DNA of 64,000 nucleotides from Eledone cirrhosa (GCA_964016885.1 OZ024748.1:47306001-47370000), one strand, 5' to 3'. Positions 1 through 14,929 are shown, counted from the stretch's first letter. Notes: a model not told the origin generated them from the sequence alone. Made by a program: numbers and translations.

Positions 1-104
1 GGAATCAGTAGACAGGACCTGGGGGCAGCGATGGGGGACAGGGAATTCTGGGGCATGAGAGTGAGATCCATCATCTCGACAGTAGTCGAAGAATGATGAT
101 GATG
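1..104 (+). mobile_element. 3' end of an RTE-clade LINE with (TGA)n tail
   Basis: Frame 1 reads [31 protein letters not shown], resembling the RTE C-terminus at 1282-1400 ([13 protein letters not shown]); followed by tgatgatgatga. Confidence 0.6.
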
Positions 105-227
105 ATATATATGTATATATATACATATATATATGTATTTTTAAATATATATATGTAAATAAAACCCTTTTTGTACTGTTGACATGTTATTCTTCACTCT
201 TCCAATATTATATATATATATGTATAT

Positions 228-290
<63 letters not shown>

Positions 291-298
291 ATATATCA

Positions 299-405
<107 letters not shown>

Positions 406-457
406 CATATATATATGTATACATATATACATATATATATATATATACATACACATT

Positions 458-515
<58 letters not shown>

Positions 516-518
<3 letters not shown>

Positions 519-900
519 AATAGTTAATATTAACAATTGTTTCATTGATTATGGTGCCTAAAGATTGCTAATCATAATTGTCAGTTATTCTGATGATTTG
601 ATTAGGCATACATCGTATTTAAGATGGAGTGACACAACTTCAAGTGATTAGCAATCATTAGACACCCTAATCAATGAAACAATTGTTAATACTGTAAATA
701 AAAACCTTTTTGTACTGTTGACCATATTATCCTTCACTCTTTCACAATTATTACTCCAAGATTAACCTGCATAGGAATTCCCGGGAACTCCCCACCTAAC
801 TAAGGAAACCTCTTGTTGAGTCAAACAACGCAGTACGTTGAAACTATTCACAATACAGAGTACTCACAACTTGTAACTGGATTACCTATAACAATAATTT
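516..900 (+). mobile_element. Hammerhead-bearing PLE/retrozyme-like fragment with fold-back 5' end
   Basis: 526-573 is an imperfect reverse complement of 645-692; hammerhead at 586-691; 697-750 repeats 158-210; starts at a (TA)n array. Confidence 0.65.
586..691 (+). ncRNA. Type I hammerhead ribozyme, long stem II
   Basis: tatt-CTGATGA(590)-ttgattagg...cctaatcaa-t-GAAA(676)-caattg-TT|aata; stem III is the palindrome CAATTG. Confidence 0.75.
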
Positions 901-1122
901 GTTATCCCCCCCCCCCCCACACAAACACACATACACATATATATATATAAGTATATGAATGTACGTATTGTATATTTAATAATAAACTTATGTTTATTTG
1001 AAAACGTAAGACACAAAAATAGCATTAGCGTAAACAAAGTGAAATAACCGACGATCGTTTCATATTAAGTGTTTATAGTTATCAAGGCTATATATACCTA
1101 GCTCTGTGTGTGTGTGTGTATA

Positions 1123-1908
<786 letters not shown>

Positions 1909-2352
1909 GATATTAAATAAATGGAAACTATATTTATAAAACCATATTTATTTCATTATATATATTTCAGGGATATCATATTAACAATATGCTATGCCTT
2001 CCTCAGACAAAATACAATATAAACAGTTTTATAGATAAATACTTGTCGAGTGCTTTTATATCAGTTATAAATATTTACTAGTTGTAACCCAACAATTTAA
2101 ATATAACTTTCCATATATATATATATATATATATAAAATCCTGAGCCATATTTAAGACAGTTCTAATGTGTGTGTGTATATAAATATATATATATATATG
2201 TGTGTGTTGCTGAAAGTGCTTGGATCGTGACAAGAAACTACGTGAGACTTGGAGTTTCGACTCAAGAAATTTCAAATTCTAATAACATACATATACTACT
2301 TTATGTATTAGACACGGTGGCAAAATATGTCTATATTTGCAACATACTATAC

Positions 2353-2392
<40 letters not shown>

Positions 2393-2690
2393 ACACACAC
2401 ACACACACACAGATATATATATATATATATATATATGTGTATGCGTGTGTGTGTGTGTGCGTGTGTGTCAGTGTGTGGGTATCATACTATGAGTAGTCTG
2501 TGTTTATGTGTGTGTATAACAGAATGACTTCCCTGCTTCGGTAGATAAGAAAAATATATGCGTAAATAACAACGTTAGGAGGTGTAAAACTGCAAATAGG
2601 TTGCTTAATAGCTGTACATAGGATCAATAGTTGTAAATAGCGGGTAGACGAGCTTTTAGACAATGAGGTTCTATATATACATATATACAT

Positions 2691-2731
<41 letters not shown>

Positions 2732-2732
2732 A

Positions 2733-2890
<158 letters not shown>

Positions 2891-2891
2891 G

Positions 2892-3079
<188 letters not shown>

Positions 3080-3232
3080 TGTATCTCTCTCTCTCTATGT
3101 ATATATATATATATATATTCATGTATGTATAAACACACATATGTATATAATTTTGATTGTTCGCAAAATTAGTAATGGATGAACATTTACATTTTGACAA
3201 ACATTAACTGTAACTATGATATATCTATATCA

Positions 3233-3363
<131 letters not shown>

Positions 3364-3485
3364 TGGGTGTGTGAATGAATCGATATATGTAAGTATGCAT
3401 TTATATTCATACATACATAATGCATATTTCTCTATTGTAATCTAGACATCTACACATTAACTCATATAGACACATATCTGAATAT

Positions 3486-3524
<39 letters not shown>

Positions 3525-3602
3525 AACCATTTACAGAAAAGAAATATTTTCTTCATTATTACAAAGTATCCATATACATAATGGACATACATAATTATAT
3601 GG

Positions 3603-3638
<36 letters not shown>

Positions 3639-3657
3639 CCATATAATTATGTATATA

Positions 3658-3905
3658 AAGCAGAAGGGATATTTAATAAGTTGGTAATTCAACAAATATA
3701 AATGTTTATAACTGATTCAGAGCACTCGACTATCCAAGGAAAACTTGAACCGTTAAGGTATATTCTCCTTGGTTATGTCAAAATTTATAAAACACACTTC
3801 GTATTTTATCTGATGACAGCGTACCAAAATGTTGGTACCCTTGAAATATATATAATAGAATAAATATGGTTTTATAAATATAGTTTCCATTTATTTAATA
3901 TCATT
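3658..3905 (+). mobile_element. Family D hammerhead element (inverted tail plus ribozyme); relatives at 1908-2112, 25800-26035, 32270-32385, 39328-39510, 44443-45302
   Basis: tattttat-CTGATGA(3810)-..gtacca..tggtac..-GAAA-tatata-TA|atagaata; shared downstream ataaatatggttttataaatatagtttccattt; the listed copies abut (TA)n. Confidence 0.8.
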
Positions 3906-3906
3906 G

Positions 3907-3956
<50 letters not shown>

Positions 3957-4074
3957 TATAGGGTTAGATCTGTCATACTAATAGAAGAGTTCGTATTCTG
4001 TAGACGTTATTTTTTTATATAGTATAAGGAGGCCTATATTCTACCAAAATATTGAATACCATTCTATATATATG

Positions 4075-4202
<128 letters not shown>

Positions 4203-4342
4203 CAAAAGGTGATGTGTTTGTGTGTGTATGTGTGCATGCGTGTATATTAACGCGCCTGTCTCCATCTGTGAATGTTAGTATATGTATGTGTATATATATA
4301 TATATGTTTGTGTGTGTATGTATATATATATATTTATATATA

Positions 4343-4954
4343 AGAAAAATGGAGCACTGCGTGGTTGCACATGGGTTACATATGAATAAATTTAGTCCTT
4401 CATCAGTGATCTTCCAACCTTCATTGGTATTTCATCGCTTTAAAAATCATACAAACATGCAGCACTCCATTTTTCTTATATTTATATTTTTTACTCAGCT
4501 GCGACCTGTCTGTTTCTTTCTTACTGCTTCCCCTCTCTCTGAATCTCTCACCTTATTTTTACCCCTCTGCCAGTCACACTCTCTCTCTCAGCTGGCCTCT
4601 TCCTCACACTTCCACTCACTCACTCTCTGCTTCTCCCACTCTCTCACTTCCTCCCGTTTGACGTGTGTGAAATCCTTTTCTCGCTCACATCTCACCCAGC
4701 ACGGATCGTCTGTATCTCTCGTCCATGATTTCACCAAGCTTAAGCTTATAGATATCATGTACTTGTCCCTTCCTATCTTTCCGTTGCAATACTATCTTTG
4801 TTTGTTTACATGTCTCGCTCGCTTCACTCTATTTTACTTGTCCCAATAACTTTATTTAGTTATTGTTCGCACCAACCAGAGGTATATGATTTTCAAAGCG
4901 ATGAAATACCAATGAAGGTTGGAAGATCACTGATGAAGGACTAATTTTATTTAT

Positions 4955-4955
<1 letters not shown>
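4343..4955 (+). mobile_element. Family F non-coding TA-inserted element (also 8436-8660, 47075-47380)
   Basis: 4385-4450 inverted relative to 4885-4955; the terminal motif gcag..ctccatttttcttata recurs at 4458, implying a tandem template; no clear hammerhead core. Confidence 0.65.
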
Positions 4956-4991
<36 letters not shown>

Positions 4992-5039
4992 AACCATCAA
5001 CACCAAAAACACTGAGCTGGCATATCTAAGGTCTGACTA

Positions 5040-5095
5040 ACTGCCTGATGAGGTCATAGCCATTCAATGGCTATCATCGAAATATATATAGCAGT
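5040..5095 (+). ncRNA. Type I hammerhead ribozyme
   Basis: actgc-CTGATGA-ggtc-atagcca-ttcaa-tggctat-catc-GAAA-tatata-TA|gcagt; stems I and II pair, stem III palindromic. Confidence 0.85.
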
Positions 5096-5158
5096 AAATA
5101 AAGGATTATGAGTTCATGCAATTGACTTATGTTTAGTCACTAACTATATATATATATA

Positions 5159-5241
5159 CGTTGTCTGAAGATTCATTTCTTTCCATTGGAAATTCGTTGG
5201 ATTTTCAATCTTTCGGAATGATGAAACCGTCGGTAACAGCG
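5159..5241 (+). ncRNA. Type I hammerhead ribozyme
   Basis: cgttgt-CTGAAGA-t-tcatttc...ggaatga-t-GAAA-ccgtcgg-TA|acagcg; begins right at the (TA)n boundary. Confidence 0.8.
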
Positions 5242-5382
5242 TCTGAACAGGTGATTATTTAATCATTTTTTAATTTATTTAGAAAGTTGTTTAATAACCG
5301 CTTGCTTCGCTTCTTTTATATATATACGTGTGTATATGTTCCTATGTACGAGTATGCTATAAATGGGTATGTGCTAGAGGCT

Positions 5383-5454
<72 letters not shown>

Positions 5455-5649
5455 AAGAGGGAGAAAGAAAGACCGAGAGAGAGAGTGAGAGAGAGACAGT
5501 AAGAGAGAGAGAAAGAGAGAGAGAAGAGATGGAGAGGAAATGGAATTGGTACGTTATGTCTCAGATTTCAAATTAAACACAACAAAAGACATATTTTATG
5601 CTTGCTTTCCGCCCCAGGTTCAATTGTTTCAAGATAAAAATGTACATTT

Positions 5650-7400
5650 ATTGTTGTTGTTGTTGATGATGTTGATGATGTTGTTGTTATTGTTGTTGTT
5701 GTTGTTGCTGGTGGTGGTGGTGGTGTTGTTGTTGTTATTGGTGTTGTCATAGCTGTTGCCATTGATGTGTTTGTTGTTGTCATAGTTGTTATCATTGGTG
5801 CTGTTGTTTTTGTTATCACAGTTGTTGTCGTTGGTGCTGTTGCTGTTGTTGTTGTTATTGTTGTTTTTATCACAGTGTTTGTCTTTGCTAGTGTTGTTGT
5901 TGTCACAGTTGTTGTCGCTTGTGTAGTTGCTGTTATTGTTATTGTTGTTTTTATCACAGTGTTTGTCTTTGCTAGTGTTATTGTTGTTGTCACAGTTGTT
6001 GTCGCTTGTGTAGTTGCTGTTGTTGTTATTGTTGTTTTTATCAGAGTGTTTGTCTTTGCTTGTGTTGTTGTTGTCACAGTTGTTGTCGCTTGTGTAGTTG
6101 CTGTTGTTGTTATTGTTGTTTTTATCACAGTGTTTGTCTTTGCTAGTGTTGTTGTTGTCGCTTGTGCAGTTGCTGTTATTGTTATTGTTGTTTTTATCAC
6201 AGTGTTTGTCTTTGCTAGTGTTGTTGTTGTCACAGTTGTTGTCGCTTGTGTAGTTGCTGTTGTTGTTATTGTTGTTTTTATCACAGTGCTTGTCTTTGCT
6301 AGTGCTGTTGTTGTTGTCACAGTTGTTGTCGCTTGTGCAGTTGCTGTTGTTGTTATTGTTGTTTTTATCAGAGTGTTTGTCTTTGCTAGTGTTGTTGTTG
6401 TCATAGTTGTTGTCGCTTGTGCAGTTGCTGTTATTGTTATTGTTGTTTTTGTTTACAGTGTTTGTCTTTGTTAGTGTTATTGTTGTTGTCACAGTCGTTG
6501 TCGCTTGTGCAGTTGCTGTTGTTGTTATGTTGTTTTTATCACAGTGCTTGTCTTTGCTAGTGCTGTTGTTGTCATAGTTGTTGTCGCTTGTGCAGTTGCT
6601 GTTATTGTTATTGTTGTTTTTGTTTACAGTGTTTGTCTTTGTTAGTGTTATTGTTGTTGTCACAGTCGTTGTCGCTTGTGCAGTTGCTGTTGTTGTTATG
6701 TTGTTTTTATCACAGTGCTTGTCTTTGCTAGTGCTGTTGTTGTCATAGTTGTTGTCGCTTGTGCAGTTGCTGTTATTGTTATTGTTGTTTTTGTTTACAG
6801 TGTTTGTCTTTGTTAGTGTTATTGTTGTTGTCACAGTCGTTGTCGCTTGTGCAGTTGCTGTTGTTGTTATTGTTGTTTTTATCACAGTGTTTGTCTTTGC
6901 TAGTGTTGTTGTTGTTGTCACAGTTGTTGTCGCTTGTGCAGTTGCTGTTGTTGTTATTGTTGTTTTTATCACAGTGTTTGTCTTTGCTAGTGTTGTTGTT
7001 GTTGTCACAGTTGTTGTCGCTTGTGCAGTTGCTGTTGTTGTTATTGTTGTTTTTATCACAGTGTTTGTCTTTGCTAGTGTTGTTGTTGTTGTCACAGTTG
7101 TTGTCGCTTGTGCAGTTGCTGTTATTGTTATTGTTGTTTTTGTTTACAGTGTTTGTCTTTGCTAGTGTTGTTGTTGTTGTCACAGTTGTTGTCGCTTGTG
7201 CAGTTGCTGTTGTTGTCATTGTTGTTTTTGTTTACAGTGTTTGTCTTTGCTAGTGTTTTTGTTGTTGTTGTCACAGTTGTTGTCGCTTGTGCAGTTGCTG
7301 TTATTGTTATTGTTGTTTTAGTCATAGCTGTTTACGTTGTCGATTATATTTTCGTTGTTGTTGTGTTTGTTATATTAGTATTATTATTAGTAGTAGTATT
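5650..7400. repeat. (GTT)n-derived compound minisatellite, unit about 80-90 bp
   Basis: Recurring atcacagtgtttgtctttgctagtgttgttg...gtcacagttgttgtcgcttgtgcagttgctg units. Confidence 0.9.
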
Positions 7401-7551
7401 ATTGTTGTTTAAGTCAGTTTGTCTATGAAACGCACGTAGAATGTCGCTAAAAACATGAAAGTAGTTTGTATATTCCATGAGGGAAATACTATATCATGGC
7501 TTCTATCGGTGTCGTCAGATCAATGGCGAGAAAATTAAAATAGTCTGAGAA

Positions 7552-7733
<182 letters not shown>

Positions 7734-7734
7734 A

Positions 7735-7845
<111 letters not shown>

Positions 7846-7926
7846 ACACACATATACACACAGAGAGTCAGATTAGACACTTGCAGTCAGACACATACAA
7901 ATATACAGACAGATACACACTCACAC

Positions 7927-7965
<39 letters not shown>

Positions 7966-8359
7966 TACACACAATCAGACACACATAAATATACAGACAC
8001 AGACACACTCACACTTAAACACACACACAGACAGACAGACTTACATACAGTCAGACACACACATAAACATACAGGCAGATACACACTCACAGAGACAGAG
8101 TCAGAGTCAGACACATAAACATACAGACAGAGACGCACTCACACACAGAGACAGACATACACAGCCATACACATACACACAGACAGACACACATATACAC
8201 TTACGCAGACAAACTGACGGACGGACACACACAAACACACACTTATATATATGTACAAAACGAGACACACACACACACTCTCCCAAAATTATATATATAT
8301 ATAAGTATATATATATATATATAAATTTATATATATATATATAAGTTTATATATATATA

Positions 8360-8438
<79 letters not shown>

Positions 8439-8714
8439 ATGAGAAGAAAGAAGGGTACTGCGTGGTTGCACATGGGTTACATATGATAAAAATAATCCTT
8501 CGTCAGTGATTTTCCAACCATCATTGGTATTCCATCGCATTAAAAATCAGATACCTCGGGTTGGTGCGAGCAATAACTAAAAAAAGTTATTGGGACCAGA
8601 ATTCGTATAAGGCGAAGGGGACAAGTAAACAACATAGAAGGATAAAAGCAAACCGAAGATATATATATATATATATCCATATATATATCCATATATATAT
8701 ATATATATATATGC

Positions 8715-8775
<61 letters not shown>

Positions 8776-8819
8776 TATAAATATATTTATATATATTTAT
8801 ACTTATATATATTTTTATA

Positions 8820-8884
<65 letters not shown>

Positions 8885-9059
8885 CTGTGTGTGTATATAT
8901 GTATGTATAAACTTTAGAGGATCGTATATTTCAGTCTATGTATAAAATAGAGTCGAAGTTGTATTAGTAGATTAGTAGGTATACGATAAATCTGTCACAT
9001 TTACCACAAAATATTCAGATCACATGTACAACACCTACTATCCAACAAAATCATTACTT

Positions 9060-9535
9060 TTAATTTTGGCACAAAGCCAACACTTTAGGAGGAAAAACAT
9101 TTTATTATATCTGCCCCAGTACAAGACTGGTACTTTATTTATCGATCCCTGAATGAAGAAAAGTGAAGTTGACCCCGGCGGGATTATACTCAGAATTTAA
9201 AGAGCCGGTGAAAATATAAAAAAGATTTTGTCCGGCGCTCTACCGAATCTGCCACTGTGCTGTCTTATTACCCAACAAAATATTTCAACTGATATATTAC
9301 ACCCCACAAATAGATAATGCTTTATGATTTAGGCACAAGGGCAGCTATTTTAGGCGAGGGGAAAGTCAATGAAATCGACACCAGTACAGTACTGGTACTT
9401 TATTTTATCGACCCCGTAGGGATGTAAGGCAAATATAATATCCGCGGGATTTGACCTCATAAAGTAAAGGGCCGTAACTCTATGCCACGAAGCAGGATAT
9501 CCGATGCTTTACCAATACTGTCAAATCACCGCCCT
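9060..9535 (-). mobile_element. Two decayed tRNA-derived SINEs with Meta-type core
   Basis: ctggtactttattttatcgaccccg..aggcaaa..gcgggatttga is the reverse complement of the family at 57471-58710. Confidence 0.75.
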
Positions 9536-9897
9536 TACACCACAAACACATAATACAATATATAAATACATTTATTAATGTATATAATAATGCAGCATAC
9601 AGAACTTATAAGGTTACCATACCTACGCAACACATGCGCAGGGTTAAACGCCCAGATATTACTGGTACTCATTTTTTGCTGAGTATACTGGAGCAACGTG
9701 AAATGAAGTGTTTTTGCTCAAGAACACAAAACACAACCCAGGAATCTAACCCACGACACATATATATATGATTGGTCCTACACAAGCCTTCACAACTTAA
9801 AACAAAACTTTGTGTGGGTAGTTCAACATCAGTTCACTTTCTCACATTTAACTTTTGTTGGACGCTCATACGTCGGATATCGACGGGAGAGTCCATC

Positions 9898-9988
<91 letters not shown>

Positions 9989-9990
<2 letters not shown>

Positions 9991-10178
9991 AGTAAGGAAG
10001 ACCCCGACGGCTGAGCTCAAGCCGTTTCGACGGCTAATGCTGTACAGCATTAGCCGTCTAAACGGCTTGAGCTCAGCCGCCGGGGTCTTACTTACTCCTA
10101 TTACCCACTCTACTACCCTAAGTATTGAGTACTTTGGTGCGTTACGGTCCACCTGGTTCCTTACCACTTTTCCTTCGC
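9989..10178 (+). mobile_element. Family A fold-back element (3' half of hammerhead plus tail)
   Basis: About 55-bp palindromic arms centred on gctgtacagc, plus an about 80-bp tail ending ccttcg; both ends in (TA)n. Confidence 0.85.
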
Positions 10179-10180
10179 TA

Positions 10181-10228
<48 letters not shown>

Positions 10229-10518
10229 ACAAAAAGCAAACGGAAACAACATAGTACAATGACGAAATATATTAATTTAACGCTTGATATAGTAGAAAAG
10301 GTATACGTTTTGGACACTACTTCTACATCAGAAGATAAACAGATACAGATATATATATAATGATATATAACATCGAGAATACACACAACACTTGCTTCAC
10401 CCAGCAAAATAATGACCCACAGAGCATACACAGACGTGATCCATAAACCTGGAAATGTTGAAAGACACAGTTGGATTGGTGGGTTCACCCGGGTGAGCAC
10501 TCGATGTTTAGGTTCACA

Positions 10519-10565
<47 letters not shown>

Positions 10566-10568
<3 letters not shown>

Positions 10569-10710
10569 GTGAAAAGATATGGTTACTCCTTCATTACATT
10601 TATGGGTTGGTGACGCGCGTTTCGCCACTGATCAGCTCGTACCGCGCGTCACCAAACCAATAAATATAATGAAGGAGTAACCAATCGTCCTTGTTATCTT
10701 TTCACTATAA
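10566..10710 (-). mobile_element. Fold-back element with 5'-clipped minimal hammerhead
   Basis: Minus strand reads ..ACGA-gct-gatcagt-ggc-GAAA-cgcgcg-TC|acc; flanking arms are inverted repeats. Confidence 0.6.
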
Positions 10711-10875
10711 TACACTCTGTCTAGCTCTACACCTCGACACTGAAGTGAACCTAAACATCGAGTGCTCTCTCGGGTGAACCCACAGTAACTCCAAGCTACA
10801 CTACCTGGATATATGTACATATATATATATATATGTACATATATCCAGGTAGTGTAGCTTGGAGTTACTGTGGGT

Positions 10876-10996
10876 ACCCGAAGAAGGGCTTATGCCCGAA
10901 ACGTCGTCCTCCACCTACCCCCCACTCTCCTGAGCGTGAAGCTAATAAACATTTGTCGTACTGCCTCTCTGTTCTGTCCCTGTTCAATTTTTTATT
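10876..10996 (+). mobile_element. Family J PLE-type terminal repeat with minimal hammerhead (also 32692-32895 and 53316-53380, minus)
   Basis: CCGAAGA or CTGAGGA-agggc-ttat-gccc-GAAA-cgtc; shared tail taataaacatt..gtactgcctctctgttctgt; stem I weak. Confidence 0.65.
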
Positions 10997-11458
10997 ATAT
11001 ATATATATATATATATATCCGTGGCTGACACATTTCAGCTCGCTACTATATTGGTATATAATGGATGATCGCATTTAATGTCCGTTAAAGGTTCTTGGCA
11101 CTACCATTGTTACCATCGCTTTCCTCTAGCCATGGAGCTTGGAGACATGAACCGAATGCTACCATTCTATTTTATATCAATGTGAACTGCTATTTCTAAT
11201 AGCCATCTTTTCACCCCTTGATAATTTGTGTGTGAGACACGTTGGCTGAGTGCTTCTGACGGGAACTAATAGATTGATTCTTTTTAGCTTCCCGTCCCCA
11301 CGTAAAATTTATAAATTTGTAAATCAGTGGCTAGTTGAGAGATAGAGCCCTATTGGTTGCCAGTTAATCGCTTTACCGTGTCGGTTGTCACAAACAGTCA
11401 TGACCGGCACGGGCCGGTGTTTGGATTAGTCGATCGATTGGTTATTGGTTAGGCGATA

Positions 11459-11568
11459 CCCGCAGATGAAGCCGCATAAGCCGATTGTGCATTGTTGCAT
11501 AATATATGCAGACAGATGGTGCAGTGCACCTTACTGCTGCATTAGTGGTGCAGAAACTCGAGTCCGGG
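11459..11568 (+). ncRNA. Type I hammerhead-like motif with CAGATGA core and 83-nt stem II
   Basis: cccg-CAGATGA-...-GAAA-ctcgag-TC|cggg; stem I 4 bp perfect, stem III palindrome CTCGAG. Confidence 0.7.
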
Positions 11569-11693
11569 AACCTTATAAACACCCGTTTTACGTGTGTTGT
11601 GTTGAGGCAAATAACTATGTGTATATATATTAATTATCAATGGGCAATGTATCTTACATTGCCCATTGATAAATATGCTGGGTCCGTCAACCC

Positions 11694-11754
<61 letters not shown>

Positions 11755-12142
11755 TACACACACACTATAATACATATATCTATTATACCAGCGTGATCTC
11801 ATATATAGTGGCGAATTAGCAGAGTAGTGAAGTGGTTAAAAGTAAGGCTTTACGGCTTTCATCCCGACCCTCGGACCATTAAGTTCACATCCCACCAATC
11901 CAACTTTGTCTTTCAACATTTCGAGGTTTATGGATCACGTCTGTGTATGCTCTGTGGGTCATTATTTTGCTGGGTGAAGCAAGTGTTGTGTGTATTCTCG
12001 ATGTTATATATCATTATATATATATCTGTATCTGTTTATCTTCTGATGTAGAAGTAGTGTCCAAAACGTATACCTTTTCTACTATATCAAGCGTTAAATT
12101 AATATATTTCGTCATTGTACTATGTTGTTTCCGTTTGCTTTT

Positions 12143-12210
<68 letters not shown>

Positions 12211-12538
12211 ACTCTCCCGTCGATATCCAACGTATGAGTGTCCAACAAAAGTTAAATGTGAGAAAGTGAACTGATGTTGAACTACCCACACAAATTTTGT
12301 CTTAAGTTGTGAAGGCTTGTGTAGGACCAATCATATATATATATGTGTCGTGGGTTAGATTCCTGGGTTGTGATTTGTGTTCTTGAGCAAAAACACTTCA
12401 TTTCACGTTGCTCCAGTATACTCAGCAAAAAATGAGTACCAGTAATATCTGGGTGTTTAACCCTGCGCATGTGCTGCGTAGGTATGGTAACCTTATAAGT
12501 TCTGTATGCTGCATTATTATATACATTAATAAATGTAT

Positions 12539-13086
12539 GATAGCAATAAATACCAGAGTGTAATGTTCATCAATACAACCCCTAGAGGTGAATTAGCTTA
12601 CAAATTTAGAAGGGGCCTAGATAAACATAAACTCAATATTAAGATAGTAGAAAGACCAGGTACCTCCATAAAAACACTTATTAACAATACATACCATTTT
12701 CAAAGACCTCCCTGTATAAATAAGAAATATATAATCTGTAAACTAAGCCCCCATATTAACTGTAAAACTAATATAGCATAAGATGTACTGAAGAACAATG
12801 TAGAGATAAAAATATAGTGTACATAGGTGAGACAGCTCGTAGTATAGGAGAACGGATAAATGAACACTGGTAAGAGCTTCAAGATAGTAAAGAATCGTCT
12901 GTACTCCACCAACATGCTAAAATGGAACATAAGGGTAAATTAGAGAACATAGAAATAAAAATAGAATCTACACACAGAAAAGACGCAATGTTTAGACAAA
13001 TCACAGGGGCAATAAACGTAAATGAACTCCAACCAAAATTAAATAGACAACATGAATGGAATAGCAACATTACAACTTACAATTAA
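12539..13086 (+). pseudogene. Penelope-like element ORF remnant: Cys-rich linker plus GIY-YIG endonuclease
   Basis: KIVERPGTSIK..RPPC..ICK..NCK, then (frameshift) CTEEQC..VYIGETARSIGERINEHW*..SSVLHQHAKMEH..FRQITGAI..PKLNRQHEW; has a stop and a frameshift. Confidence 0.85.
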
Positions 13087-13532
13087 GGACAAAATGAAAA
13101 CACACACACACAGAACAAACAACCAGCCAGTAACATGTAAATAAACAAATAAATAAACAAATATAAACACACACAGACACCCGGATGTAACACAGGCGCA
13201 AACTAAGCACACAACACACAAAAACAAGATGGCGTAGGACAGAACAAAGGAGAGCTCAAAAACAAAGAAAATAATACCCAGTGACTGAAGAGGTGACAGA
13301 ATGTGTGACGAAAGAACTTTGACAATATATGAACAATCGTCTGGTTGTGGAACCAGCCAACCAACCGGAAATTTATAAATTCCTAAATTTATAAATTTAA
13401 TTTATAATAAATTGAATTGAAACAACTGGTGCGTGTGTTTCTTATTGGCAACATGACCCTCCCAAAGCATAACAATATCGGTTTCAACACACGTTTTAGG
13501 ATAAAGAATCTTGCTAAACAAATTCAGAAACG

Positions 13533-13535
<3 letters not shown>
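13087..13535 (+). mobile_element. 3' terminal region (pLTR) of the same PLE with degenerate hammerhead; homologues at 25385-25730 and 47715-47800 (minus)
   Basis: CTGAAGA(13285)..tgtgac-GAAA; ends in (TA)n; aattaaggacaaaatgaa and agaatgtgtgacgaaa are shared with 25450-25720. Confidence 0.7.
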
Positions 13536-13614
<79 letters not shown>

Positions 13615-13616
<2 letters not shown>

Positions 13617-13775
13617 GTTTCTACTTTAGGCACAAGGCCAGCAATTATCCAGTGCATTACTGGTACTTTATTTTATCGACCCCGCAAGGATGGAAGGCAA
13701 AGTCAACCTCGGCGGGATTTGAACTCAGATCGTAAAGGGACGTAACTATGCTGGAAAGCATGGCGTCCGATATAC
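13615..13775 (-). mobile_element. tRNA-derived Meta-core SINE
   Basis: Reverse complement of the 57471-57655 unit, including B box gagttcaaatcc. Confidence 0.85.
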
Positions 13776-13846
13776 CCACATATATTAGGTAAATAACCAC
13801 CTCCAAATATAACAATATATATGTGCGTGTGTGTGTGTATATGTGC

Positions 13847-13935
<89 letters not shown>

Positions 13936-14263
13936 AGGACCAGGTGGTAATGTTAAAAGAAAAATGAGGACCCATCACCCGTGCCCAGCAAAAAGTAAAC
14001 AAACAGGGAAGTCAGTAATTTCTCAGAATGTGAAATGAAACGCACCATTGAAATAATGTGTTGGCATTCATTGGTGTTGACTGACATTGTGTGTATGTGT
14101 GGCAGAGTGTGTGTGTGTTGCAGTGTGTGTGTGTGTGTGTGCTGTGTGTGTTGTGTTCTGTTGTGTGTGAATTGTGGTAGTGTTGGTGTTTGTAATGATT
14201 GGACAGGCGTCGCAATTTATCTTCTGTTAGTTGCCTGTCTGACAGCTTGTAGTAGCAGTAGTG

Positions 14264-14338
<75 letters not shown>

Positions 14339-14433
14339 TGGTGGTGGTGGTGGTGGTGGTGGTGGTGGTGGTGGTGGTGGTGGTGGTGGTGGTAGTGGTG
14401 GTGGTGGTGGTGGTGGTGGTGGCAGTAGTAGTG

Positions 14434-14491
<58 letters not shown>

Positions 14492-14499
14492 AGGTGGTG

Positions 14500-14570
<71 letters not shown>

Positions 14571-14648
14571 GGTGGTGGTTTGGGGTTTTCTTGGCAAGGT
14601 TGGGGGCAGGATCGGTTCTGGTCTTGGTAGTATATGTTCGTTTGTAGG

Positions 14649-14685
<37 letters not shown>

Positions 14686-14929
14686 GATATGTATGTACAG
14701 ATATGTGTATGTGTGTGTGTGAGTGTGTGTGTGTGTGTTTATTTGTGTTCCTCTCTCAATGTTTACGTGTTCTTTTAGGTGTTTTTAGCCACTCACGGCT
14801 CACATTAATAAAAGAAACTTTTTTCAATGTCCTTCCCACCCTCTCTTACATAATCTAATGTTTGGTATCTAGTCATATTTTGAGTTATGTCTCATAAATA
14901 CATTTATGTTGTGTTATGTTAATAACACT

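Larger units (their letters stand above)
9566..12538. repeat. Large inverted duplication (arms 9566-10483 and 11891-12538)
   Basis: Near-identical reverse-complement match across a SINE fragment, unique DNA and a TA array; the left arm carries an extra family A insert. Confidence 0.9.

Noticed and set aside
1045-1090. Hammerhead-like relics (1045-1090 minus, 12043, 25021, 60705-60718 minus)
   Set aside because: Core or stems too degenerate to call individually, though consistent with the overall pattern.
5568-7428. Mucin-like Thr-rich and Asn-rich ORFs (also 31639-32232, 56781-57389)
   Set aside because: Trinucleotide-derived repeats open in many frames, with frame-breaking indels and no splice context.
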